A DNA stretch of 64,000 nucleotides from Candidatus Stammera capleta (GTDB lineage: Bacteria; Pseudomonadota; Gammaproteobacteria; Enterobacterales; Enterobacteriaceae): assembly GCA_036689505.1 (NCBI GenBank), contig CP144843.1:167107-231106 (forward strand), given 5' to 3'. Below the pieces are notes generated by a model. The model was not told the origin of the DNA. It saw only the letters and a list, made by a program, of their open reading frames with translations, and did no database searches. Both the position numbers and the translations under genes were made by a program. Positions 33,347 to 54,098 of this stretch are shown piece by piece (position 1 is the stretch's first letter; every line of letters begins with the position of its first letter).

Positions 33347-35367
33347 AATAAATATTTATTATATATATCAATCATTATTAATATATGTTTATTAATTTTA
33401 TATAAATGATATATAAATATTTTATTATAATAGTTATTATATTTTTTTTTTATTTTTTTATAAATAACATTATAAAAAAAATTTATATTATTTTTAATAT
33501 TTAAATTATTAAAATTTTTACAATTTAAATAAATATATTTTCTAAATATATTTAAAAAATATAAAATACTCTTTTTATCTAAATATTTATTTTTTATTAA
33601 AACTAAAATAGAATTAATATTTTCTATTAATATATAATTATTAACAATCAATAAATCAATATATTTAAATTCAACTCTATTAAAAAAATATTCATTATAA
33701 TAATTAATATAATTATTAAATATATTATTTTGCATCTGATTTATTAAAAAATTAATTTTGTAATCAAATATTTTAATAATATTAAAATTATTGAATTTTT
33801 TTGAAAATATTTTTTTGTATATTTTAAATATAAAATTAATATTTTTTTTAAAAAATTTTGTATTTAATTGTGATCATAATAAACTATTACCTATTAAAGA
33901 TATTAAACATGCTATGATTATATCAAATAAACGTAAATAAAATAATTTTAAAACATTATAATAAAAAAATTTATTATTTAAAAAAGATGATATAGTAAAT
34001 CCTATAATAGATATAAAATAATTATTTTTTACTGTTAAATAACCTATATTTGTAAAAATAAAAATTAATAAAAAATTAATAAATCTATTTAAATACAATT
34101 TAATAAAAAATATAGATATTATTATTCCTATTAAAACTCCAAAAAATCTATTTAATATTTTTAATAAAATATTTAAATAATTATTTTGATTAATATATAT
34201 AATAGTAATAAGTATTCAATAATATTTAATTATTTTTTTACTATTAAAAAAAATAAAAAATAAATTAAAAAAAAATGTTAATTTTAAAAAGTATATATAA
34301 TTATTAATATTAATATTTAATACATATTTAATAATTCTATTATCATATATAAAAATTATATCATTTAAATATTCTTTATTAGAATATTTTACTTTATTAA
34401 ATATAAATAAATAAAAAATTATATTTTTTAAATATATAATATTTAAAATATTATTAAATTTATATAAAATTTTATTAAAATCTTTTATTTTTTTAATTAA
34501 AAACTTATCAAATATAATACATTTTTTATATAAAATATTATTTCCTATATTTAAAATAGTTTCAGATAATAAAACTATATTATCATTAAAAAATTTTATT
34601 TTTTTTTTATCTAAAAACATATAATTTTTTTTATTTATATTTAAATTTACAAATAAATTATTTTTTATATAAATAGCAATTTTAAACATTTTTATTAAAA
34701 AATATTTTTCATTATTAAAATAAAATAATATATCTAATTGTTCGTAAATATTAATAATTAAATCCATAACTTTCTTATGAGATAACATATAAAGGTTATA
34801 ATTAATATTATTAACATCATAATTTAAATAATATTTATATTTAATTAAAATAGATAATTCTTTATATAAATTAAAAATATTTTCTCTAAAAAATTGATTT
34901 TTGAATAATAAAATTCATAATATATTTAATAAACCTCAAAATCATATTGATAAAAAAAATAATATTGGAATAATAAAAAAATTAAATTTAAATAATAAAT
35001 TAAAAAAAAATAAAGATACTATTAAACAACCAGAAAATATTTTACTATAAAAAAAAAATATTTCACTTAAAATACCTAAAAAAATATTTAAAAAAAATAA
35101 ATATATATAAAAAGGAATTTTAAATATATAACATAATTGAATTAATATAATACTAATAAAAAATAAAATACTAGATAAAAAAATTTTTCTTAAAAAAAAA
35201 ATATTTATAATATCTAAACCTACAAAATTAGCTAAAGAAGGTATAAAAGAAAAAAAAAAATTATAATTTTTATTTAAAAAACTTAATAAAAAAGAAGGAA
35301 TAAATAATAAAATTATTTGTTTTAATAAAAAATTAAAATTTAAATTAAAAAAGAATTTTTTAAACAT
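33343..35367 (-). CDS. Large polytopic membrane protein, 674 aa; possibly YccS/YhfK (FUSC/ArAE-type) family
   Basis: Four track ORFs (33343..33735, 33874..34098, 34216..34788, 34942..35367) share one frame. I checked the gaps and found only TGA between them. The architecture is a TM block (aa 1-150), a soluble region of about 200 aa, a second TM block containing LNRFFGVLIGIIIS, and a soluble C-terminus of about 170 aa. That two-repeat layout and the RxxGxxxG-like motif resemble FUSC-family proteins. The family call rests on memory only. Confidence 0.55.
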
Positions 35368-35446
35368 TAATATAAATTATATAATAAAATATTAAATAAT
35401 ATAAATAATTAATAAAATTAATAATAATATTATATATCAAAAATCA

Positions 35447-36097
35447 ATGATTACATGAAAAAAAATAATTAATAAAGAAAAAAATAAAAAATATTTTAAT
35501 AATTTAATTAAGATATTAAAAATAGAATATAATAATAAAAATATATTTCCTTCAAAAGAAAAAATTTTTAAATCATTTAATTTAACTCCATTTAATAAAA
35601 TTAAAATAGTAATTATTGGACAAGATCCATACTATAAAAAAAATCAGGCAAATGGATTAGCTTTTTCAATTAATAAAAAAATTAAATTAACTGAATGTAT
35701 AAAAAATATATATAAAGAAATAAAAAATGAAATTCCTGAATTTAATATACCAAAACATGGATGTTTAAAAAATTGATCTAAACAAGGAATTTTATTATTA
35801 AATAGTATTTTAACAGTACAAGAAAATAAACCTCTTTCTCATAAAAATATAGGATGAGAAATATTTACTAATAATATAATATTTTATATAAATAAATATT
35901 TAAGTAATATAATATTTGTTTTATGAGGTAATTATGCTAAAAAAAAAAAAAAATTAATAAATATTAAAAAACATATAATATTATGTTCATCACATCCATC
36001 TAATTTATCAGCAAATAAAGGATTTTTTGGTTGTAATCATTTTATAAAAATAAATAAAATTTTAGAAAAAAATAATATAAATAAAATAAAATGATAA
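35447..36097 (+). CDS. ung: Uracil-DNA glycosylase, 216 aa
   Basis: MITW(TGA)KKIINKEKNKKYF matches E. coli LTWHDVLAEEKQQPYF. VIIGQDPYYKKNQANGLAFS, KQGILLLNSILTV, GWEIFT, FVLWG, HPSNLSA and GFFGCNHF are conserved. The 216-codon count fits. An in-frame A15 tract lies at 35939-35953. Confidence 0.9.
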
Positions 36098-36100
36098 AAA

Positions 36101-37102
36101 CTAAAATTCAAAATTTAATATATTATTAATGTTTTTAATTTTTAATTTAGCAATATTGTTAATTTTTTTTTTTCCATTTATTAATATATTTTTAATTAAC
36201 TTCTCATCTTTTCTGTAATAATAGAACTTTTTTTGTAATAATATAATAAAATTACATAATTCTTTAGATAATATATCTTTAAATTTTTTATAATTACATC
36301 TATAAAAATATTCTTCTAAAGATTTAATAGTAACATTTTTAATACCTGATAATATATTTAATAAATTAGAAATACCAGGTTTATTATTAATATCAAATAT
36401 TATTTTAGGAGGATTATCATTATCAGTTACACAATTATTGATTTTATATTTTATTAATTCAATTTTATCTAATAAAAAAATAACATTATTTTTATTAATA
36501 TCAGATTTAGACATTTTTTTATTATTATCTAATAAAGACATAATCTTAGAAAATTGCTTATTTAAAATATATTTTGGTGAAGTAAAAATTTTACAATTAT
36601 ATCTTTTATTAAATCTTTTAGATATATTATTAACTAATTCTATATGTTGTATCTGATCATATCCTATACATACATATTTTGAATCATATAATAATATATC
36701 TGAAGCCATTAAAACAGGATAACTAAATAAAGATAAATTATTACTAAATTTAGTTTTAGACTTATTTTTAAATTGTGTCATTCTATTTAATTCACCTAAA
36801 TATGTATAACAATTTAATATTCAATATAATTTAAGATGTTCAACAATATTAGATTGTAAAAAAATTATACATTTTAAAGGATTAATATCTAAAGCTAAAA
36901 TTAATGAAACTAAATTTAATATACTTGAATTAATATTATTATTATTATTAAAGACACTTAAAGAGTGTAAATTAGCTACACAAAATAAACAATTATAATT
37001 ATTTTGTAAATATTTTCATAATTTTAATACACCTAAATAATGACCTATTGTAATATCACCTGTAGGTTGTATAGCGCTAAACAATATATCTTTATTATTC
37101 AT
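36101..37102 (-). CDS. trpS: Tryptophan--tRNA ligase, 333 aa
   Basis: FSAIQPTGDITIGHYLG, LGELNRMTQFKNKS, FSYPVLMASDILLY, IGYDQIQHIEL and KMSKSD are colinear with E. coli TrpRS. In-frame triplets from 36782 to 37102 were checked. The stop is TAG at 36101-36103. Confidence 0.92.
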
Positions 37103-37160
37103 TATTGTATTTATTATTATAAATAATATTTTATAAATCTACATAAAAATAATAATAAAA

Positions 37161-41363
<4,203 letters not shown>

Positions 41364-41408
41364 TAAATTAATTCCTAATTAAATTTTTTAAAATTATTAA
41401 AATTTTAT

Positions 41409-45425
<4,017 letters not shown>

Positions 45426-45459
45426 ATAATTCCCAAATTTTTATTTAATATAAATTATT

Positions 45460-45837
45460 TTATTTAATTTCAATAATAGCTCCTGCTTCTTCTAAAGATT
45501 TTTTCAATATATCCAAATCTTTTTTATTTATCTTATCCTTAATTAATACAGGACAAGAATCAACTAAATCTTTAGATTCTTTTAAACCAATATTTAAAAA
45601 ACTACGAATAATTTTAATTACAGATATTTTATTTTTACCAATAGAATTTAAATATAAATCAAATTCATTTTTTTCTTCTTTTTTAATAATATTATCATTA
45701 TTAATATTATTATTTATATTAATATTAGTATTATTTATACCAAATTTTTTTTCCATAGCATCTATTAATTCAATAACTTCTAATAAAGACATTGATGATA
45801 TAGTATCTAATATTTGTTCTTTAGTTATTTGTTTCAT
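45460..45837 (-). CDS. rplL: 50S ribosomal protein L7/L12
   Basis: The 125-aa ORF is intact. The N-terminal dimerisation helix, a flexible linker and the C-terminal domain KISVIKIIRSFLNIGLKESKDLVD...LEEAGAIIEIK match L7/L12. Confidence 0.93.
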   Translation of the reverse strand: MKQITKEQILDTISSMSLLEVIELIDAMEKKFGINNTNININNNINNDNIIKKEEKNEFDLYLNSIGKNKISVIKIIRSFLNIGLKESKDLVDSCPVLIKDKINKKDLDILKKSLEEAGAIIEIK

Positions 45838-45856
45838 ATATTTATATTTAATAAAA

Positions 45857-46354
45857 TTAATTACTTAATAAATTTTTTAATTTTAACAAAATATTTAAAA
45901 ATCTTAAAATTGTGATATTTTTTATATAAAAACAAAAATAATAAATAGATTTCTTAAAATTATTTAAATTAATTAATTTATCTTTAAGTTCTAAAGAAAT
46001 ACATTTACCTTTATATATTAAACTTCTTATTAAAAAATTAAATTTATAATAATTATCATAAAAATATAATATTTTTAATATTTTATTAATATCTTTATCA
46101 GAATAAAAAAGTATACTAGGACCTTTTATGAATTTACTTAAAAAATTTATATTAGTATTTTTAATAGCTAATTTTAATAAATTATTTTTTATAACCATCA
46201 TAAAAGATTCATTTTCATAAAATTTTTTTCTTAAAATATTTAAATAATTACATTTAATATTCTTAAAACTAACTAAAATTATAGATAAACAATTAACTAA
46301 ATTATTATGAAGTTCATTAACTATTTTTTTTTTATCTTTAAATTTCAATAACAT
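45857..46354 (-). CDS. rplJ: 50S ribosomal protein L10
   Basis: The 165-aa ORF is intact and lies between rplA and rplL. The N-terminal pattern K..IV.EL......IILVSFKNI..N.LN.LRK resembles L10. The call rests mainly on synteny. Confidence 0.8.
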   Translation of the reverse strand: MLLKFKDKKKIVNELHNNLVNCLSIILVSFKNIKCNYLNILRKKFYENESFMMVIKNNLLKLAIKNTNINFLSKFIKGPSILFYSDKDINKILKILYFYDNYYKFNFLIRSLIYKGKCISLELKDKLINLNNFKKSIYYFCFYIKNITILRFLNILLKLKNLLSN

Positions 46355-46402
46355 TAATATTACCTAATATAATTTTATAAAATTTAATAAATGATATCAC
46401 AA

Positions 46403-47062
46403 TTATATTTTAACTACATAACTTTTACCCATAGTACTAGTAATAAAAACTTTTTTAATAAAAACAAATTTTTTAATAAATCTAGATTTAAATAACTTAA
46501 TTGAATTTAATAAAACAAATAAATTATCTGCTAATTTATAACTATCAAAATTTATTTTACCTATACATAAATTTATAATACCAAATTTATCATTTTTATA
46601 TATTATTTTACCATTTAAAAAATCATATACAGTATCTTTTAAATTATTAGTTACAGTACCTAATTTAATATTAGGTAAAATATTTTTATTACCTAATATA
46701 TTAGATAATTTACTAATATATTTAATATTATCAGGTTTAATAATAGCTATATCATAATTAATAATTTTTTTATTATTAATTAAATCTTTAATATTAACTA
46801 AATGAGCACCTCAAGATAAAACTATATTTTTATCTAAATTATTATCAAGTATAACTATTTTATATTTTTTACCATTACCATGTGGTAATATTACACTACC
46901 TAAAATATATTGATTAATATCTTTAATATCTATATCTAATATTATAGAAACATCAATAGATTCTATAAAATTTCTTTTAATATTATTTTCTTTTAAATTA
47001 TTAAAAATATTAATAAAATTATTTAAAATATTATTTTCATTAAATTTAATCTTTTTTTTCAT
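46403..47062 (-). CDS. rplA: 50S ribosomal protein L1, 219 aa
   Basis: FIESIDVSIILDID, GSVILPHGNGK, IIKPDNIKYISKLSNILG and LPNIKLGTVT match L1. Track ORF 46811..47062 continues through TGA. All in-frame triplets were checked down to TAA at 46403-46405. Confidence 0.88.
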
Positions 47063-47097
47063 ATTAATATTATAAATATAAAATTTTTTAAATAAAA

Positions 47098-47526
47098 TTA
47101 AACTTTATATTTAATTCCCATAGAATTTGCAGTTCCTATAATTGATTTAATTAATTTATTTATATTATACGAATTAGTATCTAAAATTTTTATTTTAGAT
47201 ATTTTTATTAATTGCTCTTTATTTATATAACCTATAATATTTTTACCTGGTTTATCAGAACCTTTATTAACTAAAACATATTTTTTAATTAAATAAGAAA
47301 CAGTAGGACTTTTAATAATAAAATCAAATGTACGATCAGAATAAACTGTTATAACAACAGGTATTGGTATTCCTTTATCTAAATTAGAAGTTTTTTCATT
47401 AAATAATTTACAAAAATTCATAATATTTAAACCTTTTTGTCCTAATATAGGTCCTACAGGAGGACTAGGATTTGCCATTCCTGATAAAACTTGTAATTTA
47501 ATATATGACTTAATCTTTTTTAACAT
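47098..47526 (-). CDS. rplK: 50S ribosomal protein L11
   Basis: The 142-aa ORF is intact. IKLQVLSGMANPSPPVGPILGQKGLNIMNFCKLFN is the L11 signature. Confidence 0.95.
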   Translation of the reverse strand: MLKKIKSYIKLQVLSGMANPSPPVGPILGQKGLNIMNFCKLFNEKTSNLDKGIPIPVVITVYSDRTFDFIIKSPTVSYLIKKYVLVNKGSDKPGKNIIGYINKEQLIKISKIKILDTNSYNINKLIKSIIGTANSMGIKYKV

Positions 47527-47556
47527 TTTAAAAAATTAAAATAAAATTATAAATAA

Positions 47557-48102
47557 TTAATAAATTTTTTCTACTTGAGAAAAATCTAACTCTACAGGAG
47601 TTGATCTACCAAATATTAATACAGCTACTTTTAACCTATTTTTATCATAATCAACTTCTTCCACCGTACCACTAAAATCAGAAAAAGGACCATTATTAAC
47701 TCTTATTAATTCTCCTAATTCAAATAAAATTTTAGGTTTAGGTTTACAACCTATTTTATTTAATTTATTTTTTATAATATTAATTTCTTTTTCATTTATA
47801 GAAACAGGATTAGATGAATTTCCTCCTATAAAACCTATTATTCTAGGGATATTTTTAATTAAATATCAGTTTTTTTCATTCATAACCATATTAATTATAA
47901 AATACCCAGGAAAAAATTTACGATCACTTTTTATTTTAATACCATTTTTAATTTCAATAACTTTTTCAGTAGGAATTAAAATATCTCCAAAATCATTTTC
48001 TAAATTATTTAATTTTATAAAATATTTTAATTTATTAACTACTTTATTCTCAAAACCTGAAAATACTTGTATAACATATCATTTTTTTAAACTATTATAC
48101 AT
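47557..48102 (-). CDS. nusG: Transcription termination/antitermination factor NusG, 181 aa
   Basis: No track ORF exists because of TGA codons. Read with code 4 it gives [34 protein letters not shown] and [50 protein letters not shown], which is colinear with E. coli NusG. All in-frame triplets were checked. Confidence 0.9.
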
Positions 48103-48103
48103 T

Positions 48104-48469
48104 TTATATCCTTAAATTACTTAATATAGTTAAAATATATAATATAATTATATCAATAAATCATATTATTCAAGAAATCAAAAAACTAAATAAAAAAATT
48201 ATTGATACAATTTTAATAATATTATAAAAATAATACCAATTAACTATTTTAATTTCATTTTTTGATTCTTTAAAAAAATTAATAATATATTTAAATCATA
48301 AAAAAGATTTAATAATAGAAAATAAAATAAAATATAATAATATATTAAATATTAAATTAAATATTCAAAATAATTTAACAAAAAAATAATTTAATAAAAA
48401 TATAGAAAATAATAATACAGATATTAAAAATAATTTATAAAGTTTTTTTTTACTAAAAAAAATTCACAT
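48104..48469 (-). CDS. secE: Preprotein translocase subunit SecE, 121 aa
   Basis: The gene starts ATG TGA (M-W). FFKESKNEIKIVNW(TGG 48236-48238) matches E. coli FAREARTEVRKVIWP, followed by a C-terminal TM helix. Every codon was read down to TAA at 48104-48106. It lies 1 nt upstream of nusG, as in the conserved secE-nusG pair. Confidence 0.8.
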
Positions 48470-48597
48470 TTTCTTAATATTATTAAAATAAATATAATTT
48501 TTAAATTATATATTTTAATTTATATATATAATAAAATTATAATATGTTTATAAAATTCAAAAATTTAAATATAATTAATTATATTATAAAAAAAAAA

Positions 48598-49056
48598 TTA
48601 AATAAATAAATTTAAAAAAAAATATTCAAAAAATTTCATCTTTTTATAATCAAATAAATTTTTATGATTAAAATTAATTAAATGTAAAAAACCATGAATC
48701 AAAATATGAAAAAAATAAAAAATATAATTTATTTTTTTTTTAAAAGATTCCATTAATATAACCTTAGGACAAATTATTATATCACCTAATAAATTATATT
48801 TTATTATAGGATAAAAAAATTTAAAAGATAATACATTAGTATAACTATTATTATTATTAAATTTTTTATTTAAATATAAAATATGAGTTTTATTTACTAA
48901 AGTTATATTTACATACTTATTAATACTGTAAAATTTAAATAAATTATAAAATAATTTATTAATATAATATTTATCAACTAAAAAAAAACAATCATTAAAA
49001 ATAATATTTAAATTTAATAACTTATTAACTAAATAAATATTATTTATTTTTGTCAT
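48598..49056 (-). CDS. ybeY: Endoribonuclease YbeY (rRNA maturation factor)
   Basis: The 152-aa ORF is intact. TNVLSF, LGDIIIC and the zinc motif HILIHGFLHLINFNH match E. coli TNVLSF, LGDLVIC and HMVVHGSLHLLGYDH. Confidence 0.9.
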   Translation of the reverse strand: MTKINNIYLVNKLLNLNIIFNDCFFLVDKYYINKLFYNLFKFYSINKYVNITLVNKTHILYLNKKFNNNNSYTNVLSFKFFYPIIKYNLLGDIIICPKVILMESFKKKINYIFYFFHILIHGFLHLINFNHKNLFDYKKMKFFEYFFLNLFI

Positions 49057-49690
49057 AAGCTTCTAATATATCTTTTAAAATAGATGAACGCATTATATCT
49101 TTATAATTAAAAAAAGTAAAACCAATATTTTTATAATTTCTAAATATATTTATAGCATGTTTTAAACCTGAAATAATTTTATTAGGTAAATCAATTTGGG
49201 ATATATCACCATTTATTACAGCTTTAGAATTAAAACCTAATCTAGTTAAAAACATTTTCATTTGCTGAATAGTAGTATTTTGAGCTTCATCTAATATTAT
49301 AAAACTATTATTAAAAGTTCTACCTCTCATATAAGCTAAAGGAACAACCTCTATAATATTATTAGATATATATTTATTATAAAAGTTTGAACCTAAAATC
49401 TCAAAAAGAACATCATATATAGGACATAAATAAGGATTAACTTTTTGATTAAAATTACCAGGCAAATAACCTAATTTTTCACCAGCTTCTACTATAGGTC
49501 TAGCTAAAATAATTTTATATATTTTTCTTTTATTAAAAAAATCTATAGCAGCAGCAGTAGACAAATAAGTTTTACCTGTACCTGATACTCCTATACCGAA
49601 AGTAATTTTTTTATTTAAAATATTATTTAAATATAAATGTTGTCTTTTATTTTTAGGTTTTATATTATATAAATAATTTTTAATTTTCAT
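49040..49690 (-). CDS. ybeZ: PhoH-like ATPase YbeZ, short form (216 aa)
   Basis: GVSGTGKTYLS is the Walker A motif. ARPIVEAGEKLGYLPG, YMRGRTFNNSFIILDEAQN and NGDISQIDLP are conserved. The gene overlaps ybeY by 17 nt. The miaB-ybeZ-ybeY order is as in E. coli. Confidence 0.88.
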   Translation of the reverse strand: MKIKNYLYNIKPKNKRQHLYLNNILNKKITFGIGVSGTGKTYLSTAAAIDFFNKRKIYKIILARPIVEAGEKLGYLPGNFNQKVNPYLCPIYDVLFEILGSNFYNKYISNNIIEVVPLAYMRGRTFNNSFIILDEAQNTTIQQMKMFLTRLGFNSKAVINGDISQIDLPNKIISGLKHAINIFRNYKNIGFTFFNYKDIMRSSILKDILEAYDKNK

Positions 49691-49732
49691 CTAAATAAAT
49701 TTTTCATTATTAATTATTATTCTTTAAATAAA

Positions 49733-51061
49733 TTATAAATTACCATATAAATAATTTTTATTACTAATATCATTAATATTAATACTTATTATTTTACCTA
49801 ATAAATTTTTATTACCAATAAAATATACTTTTCTATTATTTTCAGTTCTACCAAATAAATATTTAGAATTTTTTTTTGAAAAACCTTCAACTAATATTTT
49901 ATATTTATTATTTAACATTTTTTTATTTCAATAAATAACATTATTATCTATTAACAATTTTATTTCTTTAAATCTTCTTTTTTTCTCAATTAAATCAATA
50001 TTATCATTCATATAAAAAGATTCTGTACCAGGTCTTGGAGAATAAATAAATATATAACTATGGTCAAATTTTAATTGATTAATTAAATCTAAAGTTAATA
50101 TAAAATCTTTTTCTGTTTCTCCAGGAAAACCAACTATAAAATCAGTACTAAAAATCATATTAGGTCTAACACATAAAATTTTATTTACTAATTCTTTATA
50201 TCATTCTATAGTATATTTTCTACGCATTAATTTTAATATTTTATTAGAACCACTTTGTACAGGTAAATGTAAATAATTAACAATTTTATTAATATTTTTA
50301 TAACTATTAATAATATCATCATTAAAATTATATGGATTACTTGTAGTAAATCTTATTCTTTTTATATTATTAATTTTAGAAACCATATATAATAAATTAG
50401 AAAAACTACATAATTTTCCATTTTTAAAAACACCAGAATAAGCATTTACATTTTGACCTAATAAATTTATTTCATATATATTATTTTTAGATAAATAACA
50501 AATTTCATCTATAATATTTTCTGGTGATCTACTAATTTCTTTTCCTCTAGTAAATGGAACAATACAATATGAACAAAATTTATTACATCCTTCCATAATA
50601 GTAACATAAGTATTAAATTTAAAATTATTATAATTTAAATTTTTACCATAAATATAATTTTTATCTATTTTATAAGATTTAACATCAATTATTTTTTTTT
50701 TATATTTTATAAATTTATAAATTAATTTATTTAATTTATGTATTGATTGAGGTCCACAAATTATATCTACTAAATTATTCCTTAAAAAAATTTTTTGTTT
50801 TTCTTGAGTAGATAAACATCCGCAAATACAAATAATTAAATTACTATTATTATTTTTCAATGTTCTTAATTTTTCTATAAAATTAAAAACTTTATCTTCT
50901 GATTTTTTTCTAACAGTACAAGTATTTAATATAATTAGATTTGAATCCTTATAATTATCAACTATCAAATGATTATTAATTTTTAATAAATTTAATATTT
51001 TATTTGAATCATAATGATTCATTTGACAACCTCAAGTTTTCAAATAAACTTTTCTATACAT
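49733..51061 (-). CDS. miaB: tRNA-2-methylthio-N6-dimethylallyladenosine synthase MiaB, 442 aa
   Basis: MYRKVYLKTWGCQMNHYDS matches E. coli LHIKTWGCQMNEYDS. NTCTVRKKSEDKV, the radical-SAM box IMEGCNKFCSYCIVPFTRG, HLPVQSGS, DFIVGFPGET and GRTENNR are present. Three track ORFs share one frame. Confidence 0.92.
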
Positions 51062-51100
51062 TTTTATTTAAAAAAAAAATAACGTTCAATTAAATTAAAT

Positions 51101-51174
51101 TAGCTACGACAGGATTTGAACCTGTGACCTCAGCTTTATGAGTGCTGTGCTCTAACCATCTAAGCTACGTAGCT
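51101..51174 (-). tRNA. metT: tRNA-Met (CAU), elongator type
   Basis: The reverse complement is AGCTACGTAGCTTAGATGGTTAGAGCACAGCACTCATAAAGCTGAGGTCACAGGTTCAAATCCTGTCGTAGCTA. It is very close to E. coli elongator tRNA-Met (GGCUACGUAGCUCAGUUGGUUAGAGCAC...CUCAUAA...GGUCACAGGUUCGAAUCCCGUCGUAGCC). No CCA is encoded. Confidence 0.85.
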
Positions 51175-51215
51175 ATTTTTTATTATATTATATTTATTAT
51201 TATATTATTTATTAA

Positions 51216-51286
51216 CAGGGGTACCAGGATTTGAACCTGGGATCTCGGGATCAAAACCCGATGCCTTACCTCTTGGCTATACCCCA
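51216..51286 (-). tRNA. glnU: tRNA-Gln (UUG)
   Basis: The reverse complement is TGGGGTATAGCCAAGAGGTAAGGCATCGGGTTTTGATCCCGAGATCCCAGGTTCAAATCCTGGTACCCCTG. The anticodon loop is TT-TTG-AT. It is close to E. coli tRNA-Gln. Position 1:72 is U.U, where E. coli has the weak U1-A72 pair. No CCA is encoded. Confidence 0.85.
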
Positions 51287-51296
51287 ATATTAATTA

Positions 51297-51379
51297 TACG
51301 GAAGACGAGACTCGAACTCGTATTTAAATATAAAACTAGATTCTAAATCTAGCGCGTTTACCAATTTCGCCACTTCCGT
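51297..51379 (-). tRNA. leuW: tRNA-Leu (UAG), long AT-only variable arm
   Basis: The reverse complement is ACGGAAGTGGCGAAATTGGTAAACGCGCTAGATTTAGAATCTAGTTTTATATTTAAATACGAGTTCGAGTCTCGTCTTCCGTA. The acceptor stem is ACGGAAG/CTTCCGT. The anticodon stem CTAGA/TCTAG carries loop TT-TAG-AA. The Leu/Gln/Met cluster next to miaB mirrors the E. coli metT-leuW-glnU operon neighbourhood. Confidence 0.85.
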
Positions 51380-51437
51380 ATATAAATAAAATATAATATA
51401 TTATTTATATAAACTATTATATTACAATACTAACTAT

Positions 51438-52304
51438 ATGAAAAATATATTTTTATGTAAATTAATAAAAAAATATACTAAATTATTTAATAAACATAAT
51501 TTATATTATGGACATAGTACATATAATGCATATACAGAATCTATTCAATTAATATATTCTATTTTAGATTTAAATATATATAAAAAATATTTTAAAGTTA
51601 AAATAAATAAAAAAAAATTTAAAAAAATATCTTATTTAGCAAAATTAAGAATAAAAAATAGAATTCCTATGGCTTATTTAACTAAAAAAGTATGATTCGG
51701 TAAAAAAAAATTTTATATTGATAAAAGATCTATAATACCTAGAAGTCATATTAATGATAAATTTTTAAATACAATAAAATATAAAATTAAAAAAAAAAAT
51801 AATTTAAAAATACTAGATTTGTGTACAGGTAGTGCATGTATAGCTATAATATGTTCATATATTTTTCCTAATTCTATAATAGATGCTTCAGATATATGTT
51901 CAAAAACATTACAAGTAGCTAAAAAAAATATTTTATTACATAAAAAAAAAAATATAAATATAATTAAATCAAATTTGTTTAAAAATATTAAAAAAAAATA
52001 TAATTTAATATTTACTAATCCTCCATATGTGGATAATAAAGAAATAAAATATTTACCTAAAGAATATTTTCATGAACCTAAAATATCTCTTATATCAAAA
52101 AACAATGGTTTATTTTTAATAAAAAAAATAATTAAAAATTCATATAAATATTTAAAAAAAAATGGTTATTTAATATGTGAGATAGGTAATCAAATAAATA
52201 AAATTAAAAAATATTATAAAAATAAAAATAATAAATTAATAAAAAAAATAAATATTAAAAATAATATTTTAATTATTAAAAAAAAAAATTTAAAATATAA
52301 ATAA
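51438..52304 (+). CDS. prmB: Ribosomal protein L3 glutamine N5-methyltransferase PrmB, 288 aa
   Basis: YYGHSTYNAYTESIQLI, NRIPMAYLTKKV-W-F, LDLCTGSACIAI, FTNPPYV, EYFHEP and GYLICEIGN match E. coli PrmB WYGHGTDNPWDEAVQLV, ERIPVAYLTNKAWF, LDMCTGSGCIAI, VTNPPYV, EYRHEP and GVLICEVGN. The two track ORFs share a frame and are joined through TGA. Confidence 0.9.
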
Positions 52305-53024
<720 letters not shown>

Positions 53025-54011
53025 TTAAAAATTAATAATATAATATATATTGTATATAAAATTATAATAAAATATATCTTTATTTAAATTTATATTATTT
53101 TTAAAATCACACAAAAAAACAAAAATTTTATCAATAATTAAAAAAATTTTATTTATAGATATTAAATTACTAAATTCTTTAATGATATCAAAATAATCAA
53201 TATTATAATAAATATAATTTAACTTATTTAATTTTAAAATATCTAACAATATATATAAAAATCAATTAATATAATATTCTAATAAATAATTATTATAAAA
53301 TAAATTAAAATATTTATTTATATTTTTAGAAAAAATTAAATTAATATTATTAATAAAAATTTTTCTAAAAAATAATAATTTTTTTAAAAAAAATATAGAT
53401 AATATAGGAGAAAAATTATTAATACGTATAGAAGATAAAATTGTTGATTTATTAAAATTAAATTTTATATATTTGCTTTTATTTAAAATTCAATTTAAAA
53501 TAAAATTTTCATTTGGAGAATATATAATATATTTATAACACCTACTTAAAATAGTATTAGGTATTTTAACATAACTTAAACATGAAAATATTATTATAAC
53601 ATTATAATAAGAATCTTCTATAATTTTTAATAAAAAATTATTAATAAATTTATTATTAAAATTAAAATTTGAAAAATAAATAACCTTATATTTTGAAATA
53701 TATAAATTATTTAAAAAAATATTATTTATATATTTAACTTTATTTAAAGAAATTTTTTTATTATTTTCAAAACAAAAATAATTTGGATGATTATTATTAT
53801 TTAATAAATTACAATTTAAACATTTATTACAAAAATTATAATTAATTTTATAATTACAAAATAATCATTTAACTATATTTATAATTAAATTACCTGCATT
53901 TAAATTAGTATTATAATTAATAATTAAACCAAAATTTTCTCTTTTAAAAATATTCGAAAAAATAATTTTTTTATATAAATTTTTTAATCAAGGATATAAA
54001 TTAATAATCAT
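53025..54011 (-). CDS. holB: DNA polymerase III subunit delta' (HolB), 328 aa
   Basis: MIINLYPWLKNLY matches E. coli MRWYPWLRPDF. CNKCLNCNLLNNNNHPNYF matches the zinc module CGHCRGCQLMQAGTHPDYY, and NTILSRCYKY matches ATLRSRCRLH. There are 254 codons from ATG 54011 to track ORF 53249, in the same frame. Confidence 0.82.
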
Positions 54012-54098
54012 AATTTATTTAAAATAATAATTTTGATAAAATATATATATTTAATTATAATATAATATATATAATAAATGTATATATAAAGGATAATC

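Noticed and set aside
35447-36097. A suspected third poly(A) frameshift in ung at the A15 tract (35939-35953)
   Set aside because: Recounting against fixed anchors (ATG 35447, TAA 36095-36097, 216 codons) shows the tract encodes KKKKK in frame. My transient discrepancy was a transcription slip, not a feature of the sequence.
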